From Mobula hypostoma (Eukaryota): DNA of 64,000 nt. Location: positions 106,952,001-107,016,000 of the forward strand of contig NC_086108.1 in NCBI RefSeq assembly GCF_963921235.1. The letters run 5' to 3'. This document shows, in pieces, positions 37,779 to 51,802 of the stretch. Position 1 is the stretch's first letter, and each line of letters starts with the position of its first letter. Position numbers and translations under genes: made by a program. A model generated the notes under the pieces. The model saw only the letters and a program-made list of their open reading frames with translations. It ran no database searches and was not told the origin of the DNA.

Positions 37779-40699
37779 TAAGTAATCTATCTGTCTATGT
37801 ATCTACCAGATCTATCTATCTATTAATTGTAACTTACAGTATTTTTTATATCTTGCTCTGCAATGCAAATGCAAAGCAATAAATTTCCTAATATACGTCA
37901 ATTTTAATAAACCTGATTTTGATGCTACTGATCTTCAAGTGCCATGGGATGCTTTGGGTATCAGTTTGAGGAAGAAAGATAATAGAAATGATGGGTAGTC
38001 ATGATGCATCAGAAGGAGAAACAATTAATATTTTGGATCTGAGGCAGCTTGATTAACCTACTATTTTCACTCAAGTTTATTGTTGTCAGAGGCATGCACA
38101 CACAGGATATACACACCATGACAAATGGCGTTTTACAAAGCAACACAGTACATTGCCAGACAAAGACAAACAGAAGATACCATAAACAAAGTAAGATACA
38201 GTATACATAACTTAGACTATGTGTAAATTAAATTAACTCCAGTGTAAGATTATGAAAAAGAAATAAAAGTATGGACTGAGATAATGTTAACGCTCGATAG
38301 CTCTGTTAAAGAACCTGATGTCGTTGTGGAACAAGCTGTTGCTGGATCTTGATGTGTGGGTCTTCAGGTTCTTGTACCTCCTGCCTGATGCCAAACATGA
38401 GAAAAGGACATGTCCCAGATGGATGACACCTTCCTGAAACATGACCTTTTGTAGAATTCCTCGATGATGGAGATATGTGGTACCCATGATGCATTTGGCT
38501 GATACTCTGTAAATACATCAAAGATATATTCTTCCCCACCATAGGAGGCACTGCATCAAAAAGGCAACATCCAACATCAAAGATCACCACCATCCAGGCC
38601 ATGCTATCTTCTAGCAGCTACCATTAGGCAAGAGGTACAGAAGCCTGAAGTCCCACAACACCAGGTTGAAGAGCAGCTTCTCCCCTTCAGCCATTCGGTT
38701 TCTAAGCCAACTGGCACAACCCTAATCATGGCAATTTAGCAACACTGTGACCACTTTGATTACTCTAGTAAAATGGAGTGCTTCTTTTTGTTCTAAGTTG
38801 GAAGTTCAAAGTTCAAGGTACATTTATTATCAAAGTATTTATGCAGTATACAATCTTGAGATTGGTCTTCCCCACAGGCAACCACAAAGCAAAGAAAACG
38901 ATGGAAACCATTCAAAGAAAAAACATCAAACCTCCCGACACCCCCAATAAGCAAAAAGAAAACAAACCATGCAAACGGCAACAAAAAAAAAGCAAAAGAC
39001 ACAGAATATGAAACACAAAATCTGTTCCGCTCAGTGTTCATTATCTGTAGTCCACCCTGATTCAAAATCACTCAAAACAGCACCAAAAAAAGGACAAAAC
39101 AGAAACAATCATAACGTGAACAATAGAGCCTAATTCAAAATCTGCATCAATGAAACCTTGCCCAAGAACCAGAACTCTGGTACCATCCACAGACAACATC
39201 AAGAGAGAGAGAGAGAGACCATTTGACTGCAGACACCTTCCTTCAGGAGCAGCGAGTGAGAAGGGGAGAGAGAGAGAGAGACCATCACACACAGACACCA
39301 GCGAGAAAAAGGCTGATAGATGGTGCTGATCACTCGCTCGTCTTCCGCACTCGCCTCATTTATTTCAGTCTTCCTCGGCACTTTAATCAGTGAGATTGGC
39401 AAGAGATGGAGTCAATCATAGTCTCACGACCTGCCTCCAGACTTCTTGGCCTTGAGGACACACGATTCCTCACTGCACACCCTCGGAAGCAGCAAAACGC
39501 CAGGTTGCTTAATTGTCCCAAACCCACACCACCAAAATGTAGGTCACAATCTCCAAGGCTCTGACAGTCGCAGTTCATTCTCATAAAAATTGTTTAATGT
39601 GTGCTTTATCGTGAATGCTTCATATATGATATGCACTGCTGTAACTAAGATTTCATTGCATACATATGCATTCATTTCAGATACAGCACAGTAACAGGTC
39701 CTTCCAGCCCATCGAGCCTGTGCTGCCCAATTACACCCATGTGATTAATTAACCTAATAACAAGTATGTTTCTGGAATGTGGGAGGAAATCAGAGCACCT
39801 GAATGAAACCCACACGGTCACAGGGCAAACATACGAAACTCCTTACAGACCGTGGCGGAATTGCACTCAGGCCACTGGGGCTGTAATTGAGTTATGCTGA
39901 CCGCTAACTACCATATCATTCCATAACAATAAACTCAACTAGCACTATGACTAGGAGTCTACGATTCCCAGTAGATATAGCTTCTCTCACAACAGATGCT
40001 GCCTGGCCTGCAGGGATTTGTTTTTTTATTCCTGATTTCTAGCATTTGTGCTTTTTTTTGTTGCCAAAGGAATACCTTGTCTGAGAAACTACACCTTTCA
40101 ACATGCGTTCAGTTCCGTGAGGATTTGAATCATAAATTTTAATTTTAATAACTCGCAGTTTCTGGATATCACTTACAATGTGAGCTTTTCTCGATCTCCT
40201 TCAATCGTTTCCTTTGGGAGATCTTAACTGCCAATCATGTTGGATGGTCTGGAATCACATTTAAGGGTTATAGTAACAGTGACAGATGCAAGGTAATACT
40301 TAAATGACAATCCAGTAACTTTGATTTATTGTTGATGATGACAGCATTTTTAATCTCAATTTGTTTAATTGTTGGAAGTAAAAATCCCCATCTGCCGGGG
40401 TGGGATTTAGATTTTAAGCTTTACCATGAGTCCAGGATACAAATACAGTAACTTCAGGATTCAAGATTCAAGATTGCTTAATGTCATTTCCAAGTGCAGA
40501 GGAGAAGAATCTAATTGTTACTGCAGATCCAATGCAGTTCAAAAAATACACACAATAAGATAAAGAACACAATAATAGGAAAATATAATAAATATAAACA
40601 CATAAAATGGCTTATATGCAAAGATTGATTGATTATCCATAAGATGCCACTCGGCACAGGAGAGTCTGTAAATAAGTTGACTAACAGGAAATAGGGTGA

Positions 40700-41060
40700 A
40701 GATATGTCTCTACCAAAGAAGGCGTAAGGCGTTTATTCCCTCCACTAACTTGCAGGTCATCCTTAGGCAAGGTGTAGCACCTGCTTAGCCCCTCGATCAG
40801 GGTCACGTGAAGCCACGGGATCAGGTGGTGGATGGTCGCATGACCAGCTGGTGCACATCACAAGTCCTGGTTATGTGACCAACTGACACCAGGCAGACAA
40901 TCTCTGAGGAATGTTGATTAGGGCTGGGGTCACCCATCCTGTAAAGACACTGCCCAGAAGAAGGCAATGGTAAACCACTTCTGTAGAAACATTTGCCAAG
41001 AACAATCATGTTCAAAGACCATAATCACCTACGTCATACAAAATGGCACATAATAATTAT
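40700..41060 (+). mobile_element. RTE-derived bipartite non-autonomous retroposon
   Basis: AGAAGGCAATGGTAAACCACTTCTGTA (BovA/RTE 5' UTR-like motif) is joined to an RTE-like 3' end (...ggcacataataat), similar to 59180-59230. Confidence 0.6.
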
Positions 41061-42071
41061 GGCCAAGAAATGATAAGTTTGAGGCGGTTTGTAGAATTAT
41101 GAGAGGTGTAGACAGTCAGAATGTTTACCTGGGTAGAATTATCGAATACAGGAAGGAATGCATTTACAGTGTGTGGGGGAAAGCTTAAAAGTGATGTTGC
41201 AGGGCGCGTTTTTTTACACAGAGGGTGTTGGTTATCTGGAATTCGATGCCAGGCGTGGTAGTGGGACAGATGGTGACATTTGAAAAGCTTTTGATTTTTT
41301 CACATAGATATGCAAAAATGGAGAGATATGGATCATGTGCAAGTAGAAGTGATTTAGTTTTGTTTGACATTGTATTTTGCACTGACATTGAGGACTTGTT
41401 CCTTTGCCATACAACATTCTATGTTTTCAGCGGTCTTTCATTATCATGAGCAGTTGCTGTTTGGCTGAGGCAGTGTGAGGTTTAAAAAGAGCTCTTTGGA
41501 CTTTCCCACAGGCTGCAATCATAATGCTCTCTTAGGCACTCTGTAAAGGCCAATATAAAGAAGCAAGGTGTAAGCGGAGTGACAATTGTTGGAACGGAAA
41601 GTGTTAGAGTGATCAGGCTTTGGTTCAACAGGCTTGGCAGGTGACAGTAACTCAGTATTTCCTGAGATATGCTAACCACACTGTCTGGCAGCAACAATCA
41701 CAGTCACTTCAATCAAATTGCATCCATAACAATAGACAATAGGTGCAGGAGTAGGCCATTCAGCCCTTCCATTCAGCACCGCCATTCACTGTGATCCTAA
41801 TGATTGTTCTGAACAACAACTGAACCTCTTGACCATCTCTACATGCTTTTATGCATTGAGTTGCTTTCACATGATTGGCTGATTAGATATTTGCATTAAC
41901 AAGCAAGGGTATAATGTAACAAATAAAAAGGCTACTGAGTGTATATGCTACCATATACTATCTTCAGATTTATTTTCTTGCGAGCATTTACAAAAGAAAA
42001 TTAAATACAATAGAATTTATGAAGAACTATGCAGAGACCAAGAATGATAAACAACCAATGTTCAAAAGAAG

Positions 42072-42180
42072 GACTTCGTCTAGTCCTGACGAAGGGTCTC
42101 GGCCTGAAACGTCGACTGCGCCTCTTCCTATAGATGCTGCTTGGCCTGCTGCGTTCACCAGCAACTTTGATGTGTGTTGC
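42072..42180 (+). mobile_element. Single-arm Penelope-derived insertion
   Basis: Nearly identical to 3017-3116. The 11-bp TSD TTCAAAAGAAG is at 42061-42071 and 42181-42191. Confidence 0.88.
42082..42117 (+). ncRNA. Minimal type I hammerhead ribozyme motif (intact copy)
   Basis: Identical 36-mer to 3018-3053. Predicted cleavage after 42113. Confidence 0.8.
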
Positions 42181-42889
42181 TTCAAAAGAAGATGAAGTCT
42201 CTAAATAAAATAATATTTAGAACATGAGTTGAGAGCTTTTGAAAATAAGTCCATAGATATTGGAAAATCAGTTCAATCAGAGTTGAGGAGAGTGAAGTTA
42301 TCCACACTGGTCCAGGAGCCTGATAGTTCAGGGTAATAACCGTTCCTGAACCTGGGGGTTTGGGCCCTAAGATTCCAGTACCTCTTTCTTGATGGTTGTA
42401 GGGAGCAGAAAGTATGACCTGTGTGATAGGAGGCTTTGATGATAGGATGCTGCTTTCCTCTGGCAGCTCTGTATGTGAATGTGCTCCATGGTGGGGATGG
42501 CTTTACCTGAGACTGGGCTGTATCCATCACTTTCTGTAGCTTTTTCCATTCCAGGGATCTTATTCCTCTGTTCTCCTTTTGAAGGTAAGTGAGCAAAGAA
42601 GGGACTCTTAAAAAAAAAGACTGCCAGATCTGTTCAGCACATCTTTCACTGCTACCAGATTTCCAATTTTAGCAGCACGTCCAGCTTGCAGAGTTCAGCA
42701 TAGATCACGCAGTCAAATGCGAGCATTTACATCAAAGCGCCTGTGTTCCAGGCAGATGTGAAACCCAATCCCAGGTGTACTCCTCTTTAATCCCTCGGCT
42801 ATGCTTCAATGACTTTCTTGTTTTTCTGTGCAAGAGCTTCATTTTGTTTTATTTTTTAAGTTTTATTTCGAGATACAGGACACAGCAGA

Positions 42890-43160
42890 CCCTTCCAGCC
42901 CAATGAGCCATACCACCCAGCATACCACCAGGTTAACCTTAGCCTAATAACATGACAATTTACAATGAACCAGTTAACCTACTAACCAGTATGTAATTAG
43001 ACTGTGGAAGGGAACCAAGAGTGCTTGGTGGAAACCTATTTGGTTCCAGAGGAGAATGTACGAACTCCTTACAGGGACAGCGTCAGAATTGATCTTCAAA
43101 CTCTGGACTGCCCGAGCTGTAATAGTGTCACGCTAACTGCTGCACTACCCCGGTGCCCCA
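42890..43160 (-). mobile_element. HE1-type V-SINE
   Basis: Reverse complement of a tRNA-like head plus taaggagttcgtacattctcc (V-domain). Similar copies are at about 15780-16050, 39700-39915 and 45020-45285. Confidence 0.65.
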
Positions 43161-43391
43161 AGTGAAACTGTTGGCATCTATCCTAGACTTAAATCACTGG
43201 ATTCACTCTCGCCTATAGAGGACAGCCATGATAAGCTCGATTAATTGCCACAAATCAAGTGTCTCGCTGCAGGAAGAAGGCCAATGCAGAACAAAGAGGA
43301 AGTCAGAAGTATAGCCAAAGGAGGGATAAAGAGGAGTCCACCTGGGACTGGGTTTCATATCTGTCTGGGACCTAGGCTGCCAGGAAATCTA

Positions 43392-43878
43392 GTGATGGCT
43401 TGACCCAAAAACAGAGCAGCAGAGACCATTCAGGAGTGACTGAAAACTTTAATATAGACCACAAAATAACAAGCCACGAAGGGGCACAAAACAAGAGAGG
43501 ACAGATATTAAACACTGCAAGCAGCAAGATAAATTTTAGGCAGGGAGAGTGAAAGCCAGGAACAGCTGTTTGAGGCCGACTGGTTTGATAAGGGAAAAAG
43601 GACTGTGGATGAGACCAGGGGTTAAATAGGCTGCAGGTGACGAGTGTGGAATGAGCAGCAGGTGAATCCTATTAGCTGGGTGATGCCTGCATGTGTAGGC
43701 TGGGGTAGTCATAGTCATATTTTATTGATCCCGAGGGAAATTGGTTCGTGTTACAGTTGCACCATAAATAACTAAATAGTAATATAAAAATTTTATCCAG
43801 GACCAGCCTATTGGCTCAGGGTGTCTGACCCTCCAAGGGAGGAGTTGTAAAGTTTGCAACAGTAGGAGCAGGCCTGAC
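43392..43878 (-). mobile_element. Possible degraded solo LTR interrupted by a LINE tail (43706-43858)
   Basis: Gypsy-LTR-like words (gacccaaaaacagag, ctttaat, ttaaataggctgcaggtg, agcagcaggtg). The termini are imperfect. Confidence 0.4.
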
Positions 43879-46800
43879 GCGGGCGTTTTGATGTTAAAGC
43901 TCACATTTGACTGCGTGATCTAAGCAAGCTGGACATGCTGCTAGAATTTGAAACCTGTTGGCAGTGAGAGATGTGCTGAACAGATCTTGCAGTCTTTTAT
44001 GCTGGCTCGAAGGGCCGAATGGCCTACTCCTGCACCTATTGTCTATTATCTAATGAGACCCTTTACTTCTCGCTTGCCTTCAACAGAAGAACAGAGGAAG
44101 AAGATCCCAGGAATGGAAAAACTACAGAAGGTGATGGATACAGCCCAGTCCATCTTAGGCAAAACCCTCCCCACCATTGAGTGCATTTACATGGAGCATT
44201 GCCACAAGAAAGTAGCATCTATCATCAAGGACCGCAGCATTCAGGCCATGATCTATTCTTACCGCTGCCATCAGGAAGGAGGAACAGGAGCCTTGAATCC
44301 CCCACCACGTGGTTCAGGAACAGTTGTAACCCTATAGCCATCAGACTCCTGAACCAGCGTGAATATCTTCACTCGTCACAACCCTGAACTGATTCCTCAA
44401 CCTATAGGTTCATTTTCAAGGACTCTTTACAATACATGTTCTCAGTATTATTTTTATGTGTATAGCTTGTCTTCTTTTGCACATTGGTTGTTTGTCAGTC
44501 TTTGCCTGTTAATGCCTAGTTTTTCATAAAATTCTGCTGTATTTCTTTTTCCCTGTAAAAACCCACAAGAAAATTAATCTTATGATAGTATATAGAAACT
44601 TTGATAACAAATGTACTTTGAATGCTTGTACAGGACATCCTGAGAGAGTGAATAGTACTGCACAAGAATTGGCCTTTGGCCCTCAATGTTGGACCAAATT
44701 AATTAAACTTGCAGTTAAAATCACAACTAAACTGATCTCTTGTGCCTATGCAGTGTCTATATCCCTTCATTGTCTGCATATTCATGTGCCAGTCCAAAAG
44801 CCTTTAAAACACTTCTATCATGTTTGTCCGCACTAGTATCCCAGGATCACATTCCAGGCACCCACTACCCCCAGGGTTTAAACAAAATTGCTCCACACAT
44901 CTCCTTTGAAGCTATCCACTCTCACCTTAAATACACGCCCTCTAGCATGGATTATTACATCAAAGTGACTTCTACTCGGTACTGTCATAACACTCTATAT
45001 ATTAATGTAAATGTCAATGCATTGTAGCATAGCAGTTACATAATGATTTACGCCAGTGACCCAAGTTAAATTCTTGCTGCTGTCTGTAAGGAGTTTTTAT
45101 GTTCTCTGTTGACCATGTGGACTTTCTCCAGGGGTCCTGGTCCCCTCCCTCATCCTAAAGAGGTATGGGTAAGGGTAGTGACTTGTGGGCATACTATGTT
45201 GGCACTAGAATCATGGTAACACTTGTGGGCTGTCCCCAGCACATCCTTGCACCATGTTGGCTCATGATGAAATAACACACTTCTGATGGCACGACTTGCT
45301 GGATTAAGTGACAACTGGTTGGTGGCCAATGAAACAAAGAAAGCAACTAAATACTTTGTTATTCACACTTTTTCTGTCAGACGATGGCAGCAAACAGAGG
45401 CCTGTGGCTTCCCTGTCAGAGTTGAGCTGAATCGCCCGTACAATCTAGCATTTTTGAGGCGTGACTGGAATCTCACTGGGGCAGGACAGTGGCAGCATGT
45501 CCAAATTGTGGTTGCTGGAGCAGACTTGGAGGCAATTCAAGGTGGAGCTGAGGTGAGGAAAGTTCCGAAGTTTGATCAATTTAAAAGCCAAGTTGAATTA
45601 GAAAGGTCGGGTAATTCAATGCAGCGGAGCCAAGGCAAGGCGAGGCGAGGAAAGATCAGAAGTTTGATCAGCTTAAGAACTGAGCTGTATTGGAAAGGTC
45701 TAGTACTGTGTATTGAGACAACGGAGCCCGAGCCCATGTGTAGGGAATGACTCAAGGTTTGGATGATTTCAGTGCTGGGCCAAATTGAATTGGTTGGGAT
45801 GTCATAGAAACATAGAAACATAGAAAACCTACAGCACAATACAGGCCCTTCAGCCCACAAAGTTGTGCCAAACATGTCCCTACCTTAGAACTACCTAGAC
45901 ATTACCCATAGCCCTCTATTTTTCTAAGCTCCATGTAGCCTTTCAGGAGTCTCTTAAAAGACCCTGTCATTTCCACCTCCACCGCCACCACCGGCAGCCC
46001 ATTCCACACACTCACCCCTCTCTGCGTAAAAAACTTACCCCTGACGTCTCCTCTGTACCTGTCGGGGTCAGAGGTGAAAGACAGGCCTGTTTGGCTCACT
46101 GCTCCACAGGGTCTGCTTGTCTCTGAGCTGGCCGAGGCTGTGACCTGTAAACGAGTGGGGTTCTGAATCACCCGTGCTGATGCCCCGCGCTTTGAAGTTC
46201 AGCTCTGAATGCTGCTTGCACGATTTTTTTTTCTCTTTCTCCGCACACTGGGTGTTTGATGGTCTTCTTTTGTTTTTAATAGTTTCTGTTGTGGTCCTTT
46301 GTTTCGTGGCTGCCTGTAAGGAGATGAATCTCGAAGTTGGATAAAGTATACATATTTTGATGATAAAATATACTTTGAAAAACTGCACACAAAGATGGAT
46401 GAATAACCAGTGCCGCATAAGAGAACAAATTACACAAATAAAAAAAACAGAATAATAATAGATAAATAAGTAATCAATAATATTGAGAACAGGGTTTGAA
46501 AATGAGTCCATGGATTGTGGAATCAGTTCACTGTAGTGGTGAGTGAAAATATCCACACTGGTTCAAGAGCCTGATGTTTGAGGGGTAATAGCTGTTCCTG
46601 AACCTGATGCTGTGAGTCCTGAGGTTCCTGTACCTGCTGCCGATGGCAACAGCAAGAAGAGACCATGATCTGAATTGTGGGGTCCTTGATGATGGATGTC
46701 GCCTCCCCCTACAACATTACTCCTTGTAGATGAAATCAGTGGTGGGGATGGGTACTTGTGAGTCCATCATTTGCAGGGAGAGGGTATGGACAAGATATAA

Positions 46801-48509
46801 GGTTGTGGGAATGGCAGGATAACTCTGCTGGGGCTGGCAAAAGCCAAATGAACACAGTATATGATTTCATGCGATTCCCTCTTTGCAGAGCATCCTGACT
46901 GGTTGCATGACTGCCTGGTACAGAGGCTCCATTGCACAGGATCGCAAGAGACCGCAGAGTGTTGTCGATTCAGCCAGCTTCATCGCCGGCACAACTTCAT
47001 CATGGTCCCACCGTTGAGGATTCTTCAAACAGTTATGCCTCAAGAGGGCGGCATCCATCCTTAGGATCCACACTATCCACGACGTGCCCTTCTCTCATTT
47101 CTACCATCAGGAAAAGAATACAGGACTTCTAATACATATATTTCCAGTCAGAATCAGAAACCGAAGGCCCTGGAGGAAATCTGCCCAAGAGGGAGCAGTG
47201 TTACATGAGAGCAGCCTCCTCAGTGCCACAGAAAACAAGGGTCAGCTGCGATAGGAGAGGCGGAGAGAATGAATAAACAAAAGTTCCACCCACTCACCAC
47301 AGCCACACTTACACGTGTTCACAATGCGCCAGAATATGTCGATCCCAGGTCGGCTTCTACTGACACCAGAGGACCTGCCAACAGACAAGCACTCAGGAGA
47401 ACATCATGCTCGATTCGAGTGATCACACTACTACAACAGTTGCTCCTAATAAAGTGGCCACTGAGTATATTATCCCCCTCAACCCCATTCTCTTGCCTTC
47501 TTCACCAAACCTTTGTCACCTTTATTAACCGAGAACCTATCAAACTCCATTTTAAACATACCCAATGACTTGGCCTCCACAGCTGTCTGTGGCAATGAAT
47601 TCCACATGTTCACCACCCTCTGTCTAAAGAAATCCCTCCTCATCTCTGTTCTAAATGGACTTTGTTGTATTCTGAGTCTGTGCCCTCTAGTCCTAAACTT
47701 CACTGGTATAGGAAACATCCTCACCTCATCTACTCTATCTAGTCCATTCAATATTCGATATTTTCAATAATATCATTCCTCGTTCTTCGAAACAGCAGAC
47801 AGTACAGGCCTAGAGCAATCAAACGCTCCTCGTATGTTAACCCTCCTCTGGACTCTGTGAAATGCCAACGCACCTTTTCTTATAAACGGTGCTGTAAACT
47901 GCTCACAATATGGTCTGACAAATGTGTTATAAAGGCTCAGCATTAGATTCTTGCTTTTATTTTAGTCCTCTCAGAATGAAAACATTTCAGCCAACCACCT
48001 TGCTGTAAAATTATGCAGTCCTCCCGACCCACTAGCCGTGCTTCAAGGTCTGGTAATGTTCTTCAGGTTATTGGGGTGAAGATCACAAAAGCTCTTGGGT
48101 ACACAACGTTGCTGGAGGAGATGACTCCAAACTTTCACACTGCTCTTTCAGGGGTCGGCAACAAGCCCTGCTGGCTTCTGGCCAGTAAAATATCAGTTCA
48201 GAGGTGCCAACTTCTCTGGAAGGAAGCCGGTGGGAGCGGTGGACAAGAGGCCTGTCAGACAGAGTTCCAGTTGGAAGCCTCTCCACTTCGTTTGCAGAGC
48301 CACAGAGACAGAAAAAGATGGGCATCTCAATGGCACATGAATATGCATGCAGGCTGAAGAGATTTAATTTAATGTGGTGTCGTGTTCAGCCCAGGTAATG
48401 TGGGCTGAATGTCCAGTTCTTGTGCTGTAATTTTCTATTTTCTACATTCTAACTCCTCACACACCTACTTTATTGTAGTCTATGTTAGTCAATTAATTAC
48501 TGATGTACC

Positions 48510-48896
48510 CTAGAGAGCATTCTAACTGGCTGCATCACCGCCTGGTATGGGGGGGGGGGGTGTGGGTAAGCTGCACAGGATCGAAGTCAACTGAAGAGAG
48601 TTGTAAATTTAGTCAGCTCCATCATGGGCACTAGCCTCCATAGTATCCAGGACATCTTCAGGGAACAATCCCTCAAAAAGGCTGTGCCCACCATTAAGGA
48701 ACCTTATTACCCAGGACATGACCTGCTCACATTGCTACCATCAGGAAGGAGGCACAGAAGTGTGAAGACACACAGTCAATGATTCAGGAATAGCTTCTTC
48801 CCTTCTGCCATCTGATTTCTAAATGGACATTGAACTCATGAACACCACCTCACTAATTTTTCATTTCTATTTTTCCACTATTTAATTTAATAATTT

Positions 48897-48956
<60 letters not shown>

Positions 48957-49130
48957 TATGTGTATATACGTATATGTTGTATGTATCTATATATATATAT
49001 ATGTACAGTACCTACTGCAAATGACAGTTATTTTTTTCTATTATTATGTATTGCATTGAACTGCTGCTGCAAAGACAGCAAAATTTGCAACATATGCCAC
49101 GATATGAAACCTGATTTTGATTCTGATAAA
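48510..49130 (+). mobile_element. Rex1/Babar-like 3' fragment with embedded microsatellite
   Basis: ESILTGCITAWYG...LLPSGRRHRSVKTH..FRNSFFP, and a tail aaacctgattttgattctga. Confidence 0.8.
48903..48949. repeat. (TG)n microsatellite
   Basis: About 23 perfect TG units. Confidence 0.98.
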
Positions 49131-49579
49131 GATCAAAGTCAATCAAGTTTATTATCTTACACACAAATACTGCACATGTGTGCACAGGCTCAATGAAAAA
49201 CTTACGTCAGCATCACAAGCATACAGCATTTGATAAGCAGCATTCACAAGAAAAAAACATAAATTAAACATAAACTATGCACAACATTTTCAAGAAGATA
49301 TTTCTATCTTTAATATTTCTATTTTCTCCTTTCAGGGTTCTTTTGAAGACCCTGACCTGAAGTTACACATTGACTTCGACTCTTTGCTGGAATGGGACCT
49401 ACTCTTGGGATCTCACGACTGGCTGCTATTCGATATGCCAAGGACATGGCCTAGTGCTCCTTCAGGGTTCTGGGATTTTGTGTCTCTGGAGGCGGGCAGA
49501 CTTGAGGTCGGTGCCTCCGCAGGAAATTGGTGCGGCCTGGGAGATGGCAGATCTGGCTGCTGGCAGTGTGCCCAGAGAC

Positions 49580-51802
49580 ATAGAAACATAGAAACATAGA
49601 AAATAGGTGCAGGAGTAGGCCATTCGGCCCTTCAAGCCTGCACCGCCATTTATTATGATCATGGCTGATCATCCAACTCAGAACCCCGCCCCAGCCTTCC
49701 CTCCATACCCCCTGATCCCCGTAGCCACAAGGGCCACATCTAACTCCCTCTTAAATATAGCCAATGAACTGGCCTCAACTGTTTCCTGTGGCAGAGAATT
49801 CCACAGATTCACCACTCTCTGTGTGAAGAAGTTTTTCCTAATCTCGGTCCTAAAAGGCTTCCCCTCTATCCTCAAACTGTGACCCCTCGTTCTGGACTTC
49901 CCCAACATCGGGAACAATCTTCCTGCATCTAGCCTGTCCAATCCCTTTAGGATCTTATAGGTTTCAATCAGATCCCCCCTCAATCTTCTAAATCCCAACG
50001 AGTACAAGCCCAGTTCATCCAGTCTTTCTTCGTATGAAAGTCCTGCCATCCCAGGAATCAATCTGGTGAACCTTCTTTGTACTCCCTCTATGGCAAAGAT
50101 GTCTTTCCTCAGATTAAGGGACCAAAACTGCACACAATACTCCCGGTGTGGTCTCACCAAGGCCTTGTACAACTGCAGTAGTACCTCCCTGCTCCTGTAC
50201 TCAAATCCTCTTGCTATAAATGCCAGCATACCATTCGCCTTTTTCACCGCCTGCTGTACCTGCATGCCCACTTTCAATGACTGGTGTATAATGACACCCA
50301 GGTCTCGTTGCACCTCCCCTTTTCCTAATCGGCCACCATTCAGATAATAATCTGTTTTCCTATTTTTGCCACCAAAGTGGATAACTTCACATTTATCCAC
50401 ATTAAATTGCATCTGCCATGAATTTGCCCACTCACCCAACCTATCCAAGTCACCCTGCATCCTCTTAGCATCCTCCTCACTACTAACACTGCCACCCAGC
50501 TTCATGTCATCCGCAAACTTGGAGATGCTGCATTTAATTCCCTCATCCAAGTCATTAATATATATTGTAAACAACTGGGGTCCCAGCACTGAGCCTTGCG
50601 GTACCCCACTAGTCACCGCCTGCCATTCTGAAAAGGTCCCGTTTATTCCCACTCTTTGCTTCCTGTCTGCTAACCAATTCTCCACCCACATCAATACCTT
50701 ACCCCCAATACCGTGTGCTTTAAGTTTGCACACTAATCTCCTGTGTGGGACCTTGTCAAAAGCCTTTTGAAAATCCAAATATACCACATCCACTGGTTCT
50801 CCCCTATCCACTCTACTAGTTACATCCTCAAAAAATTCTATGAGATTCGTCAGACATGATTTTCCTTTCACAAATCCATGCTGACTTTGTCCGATCATTT
50901 CACCGCTTTCCAACTGTGCTGTTATCACATCCTTGATAACTGACTCCAGCAGTTTCCCCACCACTGACGTTAGGCTAACCGGTCTATAATCCCCCGGTTT
51001 CTCTCTCCCTCCTTTTTTAAAAAGTGGAGTTACATTAGCCACCCTCCAATCCTCAGGAACTAGTCCAGAATCTAACGAGTTTTGAAAAATTATCACTAAT
51101 GCATCCACTATTTCTTGGGCTACTTCCTTAAGCACTCTAGGATGCAGACCATCTGGCCCTGGAGATTTATCTGCCTTCAATCCCTTCAATTTACCTAACA
51201 CCACTTCCCTATTAACTTGTATTTCGCTCAGTTCCTCCATCTCACTGGACCCTCTGTCCCTTACTATTTCTGGAAGATTATTTATGTCCTCTTTAGTGAA
51301 GACAGAACCAAAGTAATTATTCAATTGGTCTGCCATGTCCTTGCTCCCCATAATCAATTCACCTGTTTCTGTCTGCAGGGGACCTACATTTGTCTTTACC
51401 AGTCTTTTCCTTTTTACATATCTATAAAAGCTTTTACAGTCCGTTTTTATGTTCCCTGCCAGTTTTCTCTCATAATCTTTTTTCCCCTTCCTAATTAAGC
51501 CCTTTGTCCTCCTCTGCTGAAATCTGAATTTCTCCCAGTCCTCAGGTGAGCCACTTTCTCTGGCTAATTTGTATGCTTCTTCTTTGGAATTGATACTATC
51601 CCTAATTTCTCTTGTCAGCCACGGGTGCACTACCTTCCTTGATTTATTCTTTTGCCAAACTGGGATGAACAATTGTTGTAGTTCATCCATGCAACCTTTA
51701 AATGCTTGCCATTGCATATCCACCGTCAATCCTTTAAGTGTCATTTGCCAGTCTATCTTAGCTAATTCACGTCTCATACCTTCAAAGTTACCCCTCTTTA
51801 AG
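49580..51802 (-). mobile_element. Young 5'-truncated CR1 LINE
   Basis: Perfect (TTTCTATG)n tail and GGCCGAATGGCC stem-loop. A short AGAC duplication sits at the junctions, and it interrupts another repeat (49300-52270). Confidence 0.96.
49678..51802 (-). CDS. Uninterrupted CR1 ORF2 reverse transcriptase region (about 700 codons; endonuclease missing)
   Basis: The 721-aa ORF has KSPGPDG, YRPVSLTS, QHGF, DFQKAFDKV, GVPQGSVLGP, FADD and RDLGV. The first ~14 aa come from flanking DNA. Confidence 0.85.

Noticed and set aside
42541..42590. Possible micro-exon (ttccattccag ... aag|gtaagt)
   Set aside because: The acceptor lies inside an antisense Rex/Babar remnant, and no partner exons were identified.
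48013..48357. 114-aa ORF in non-repeat sequence
   Set aside because: No recognisable motifs, so it cannot be supported as coding without homology or RNA data.
48906..49196. ORF starting MCVCVCV...
   Set aside because: It is the translation of a (TG)n microsatellite.
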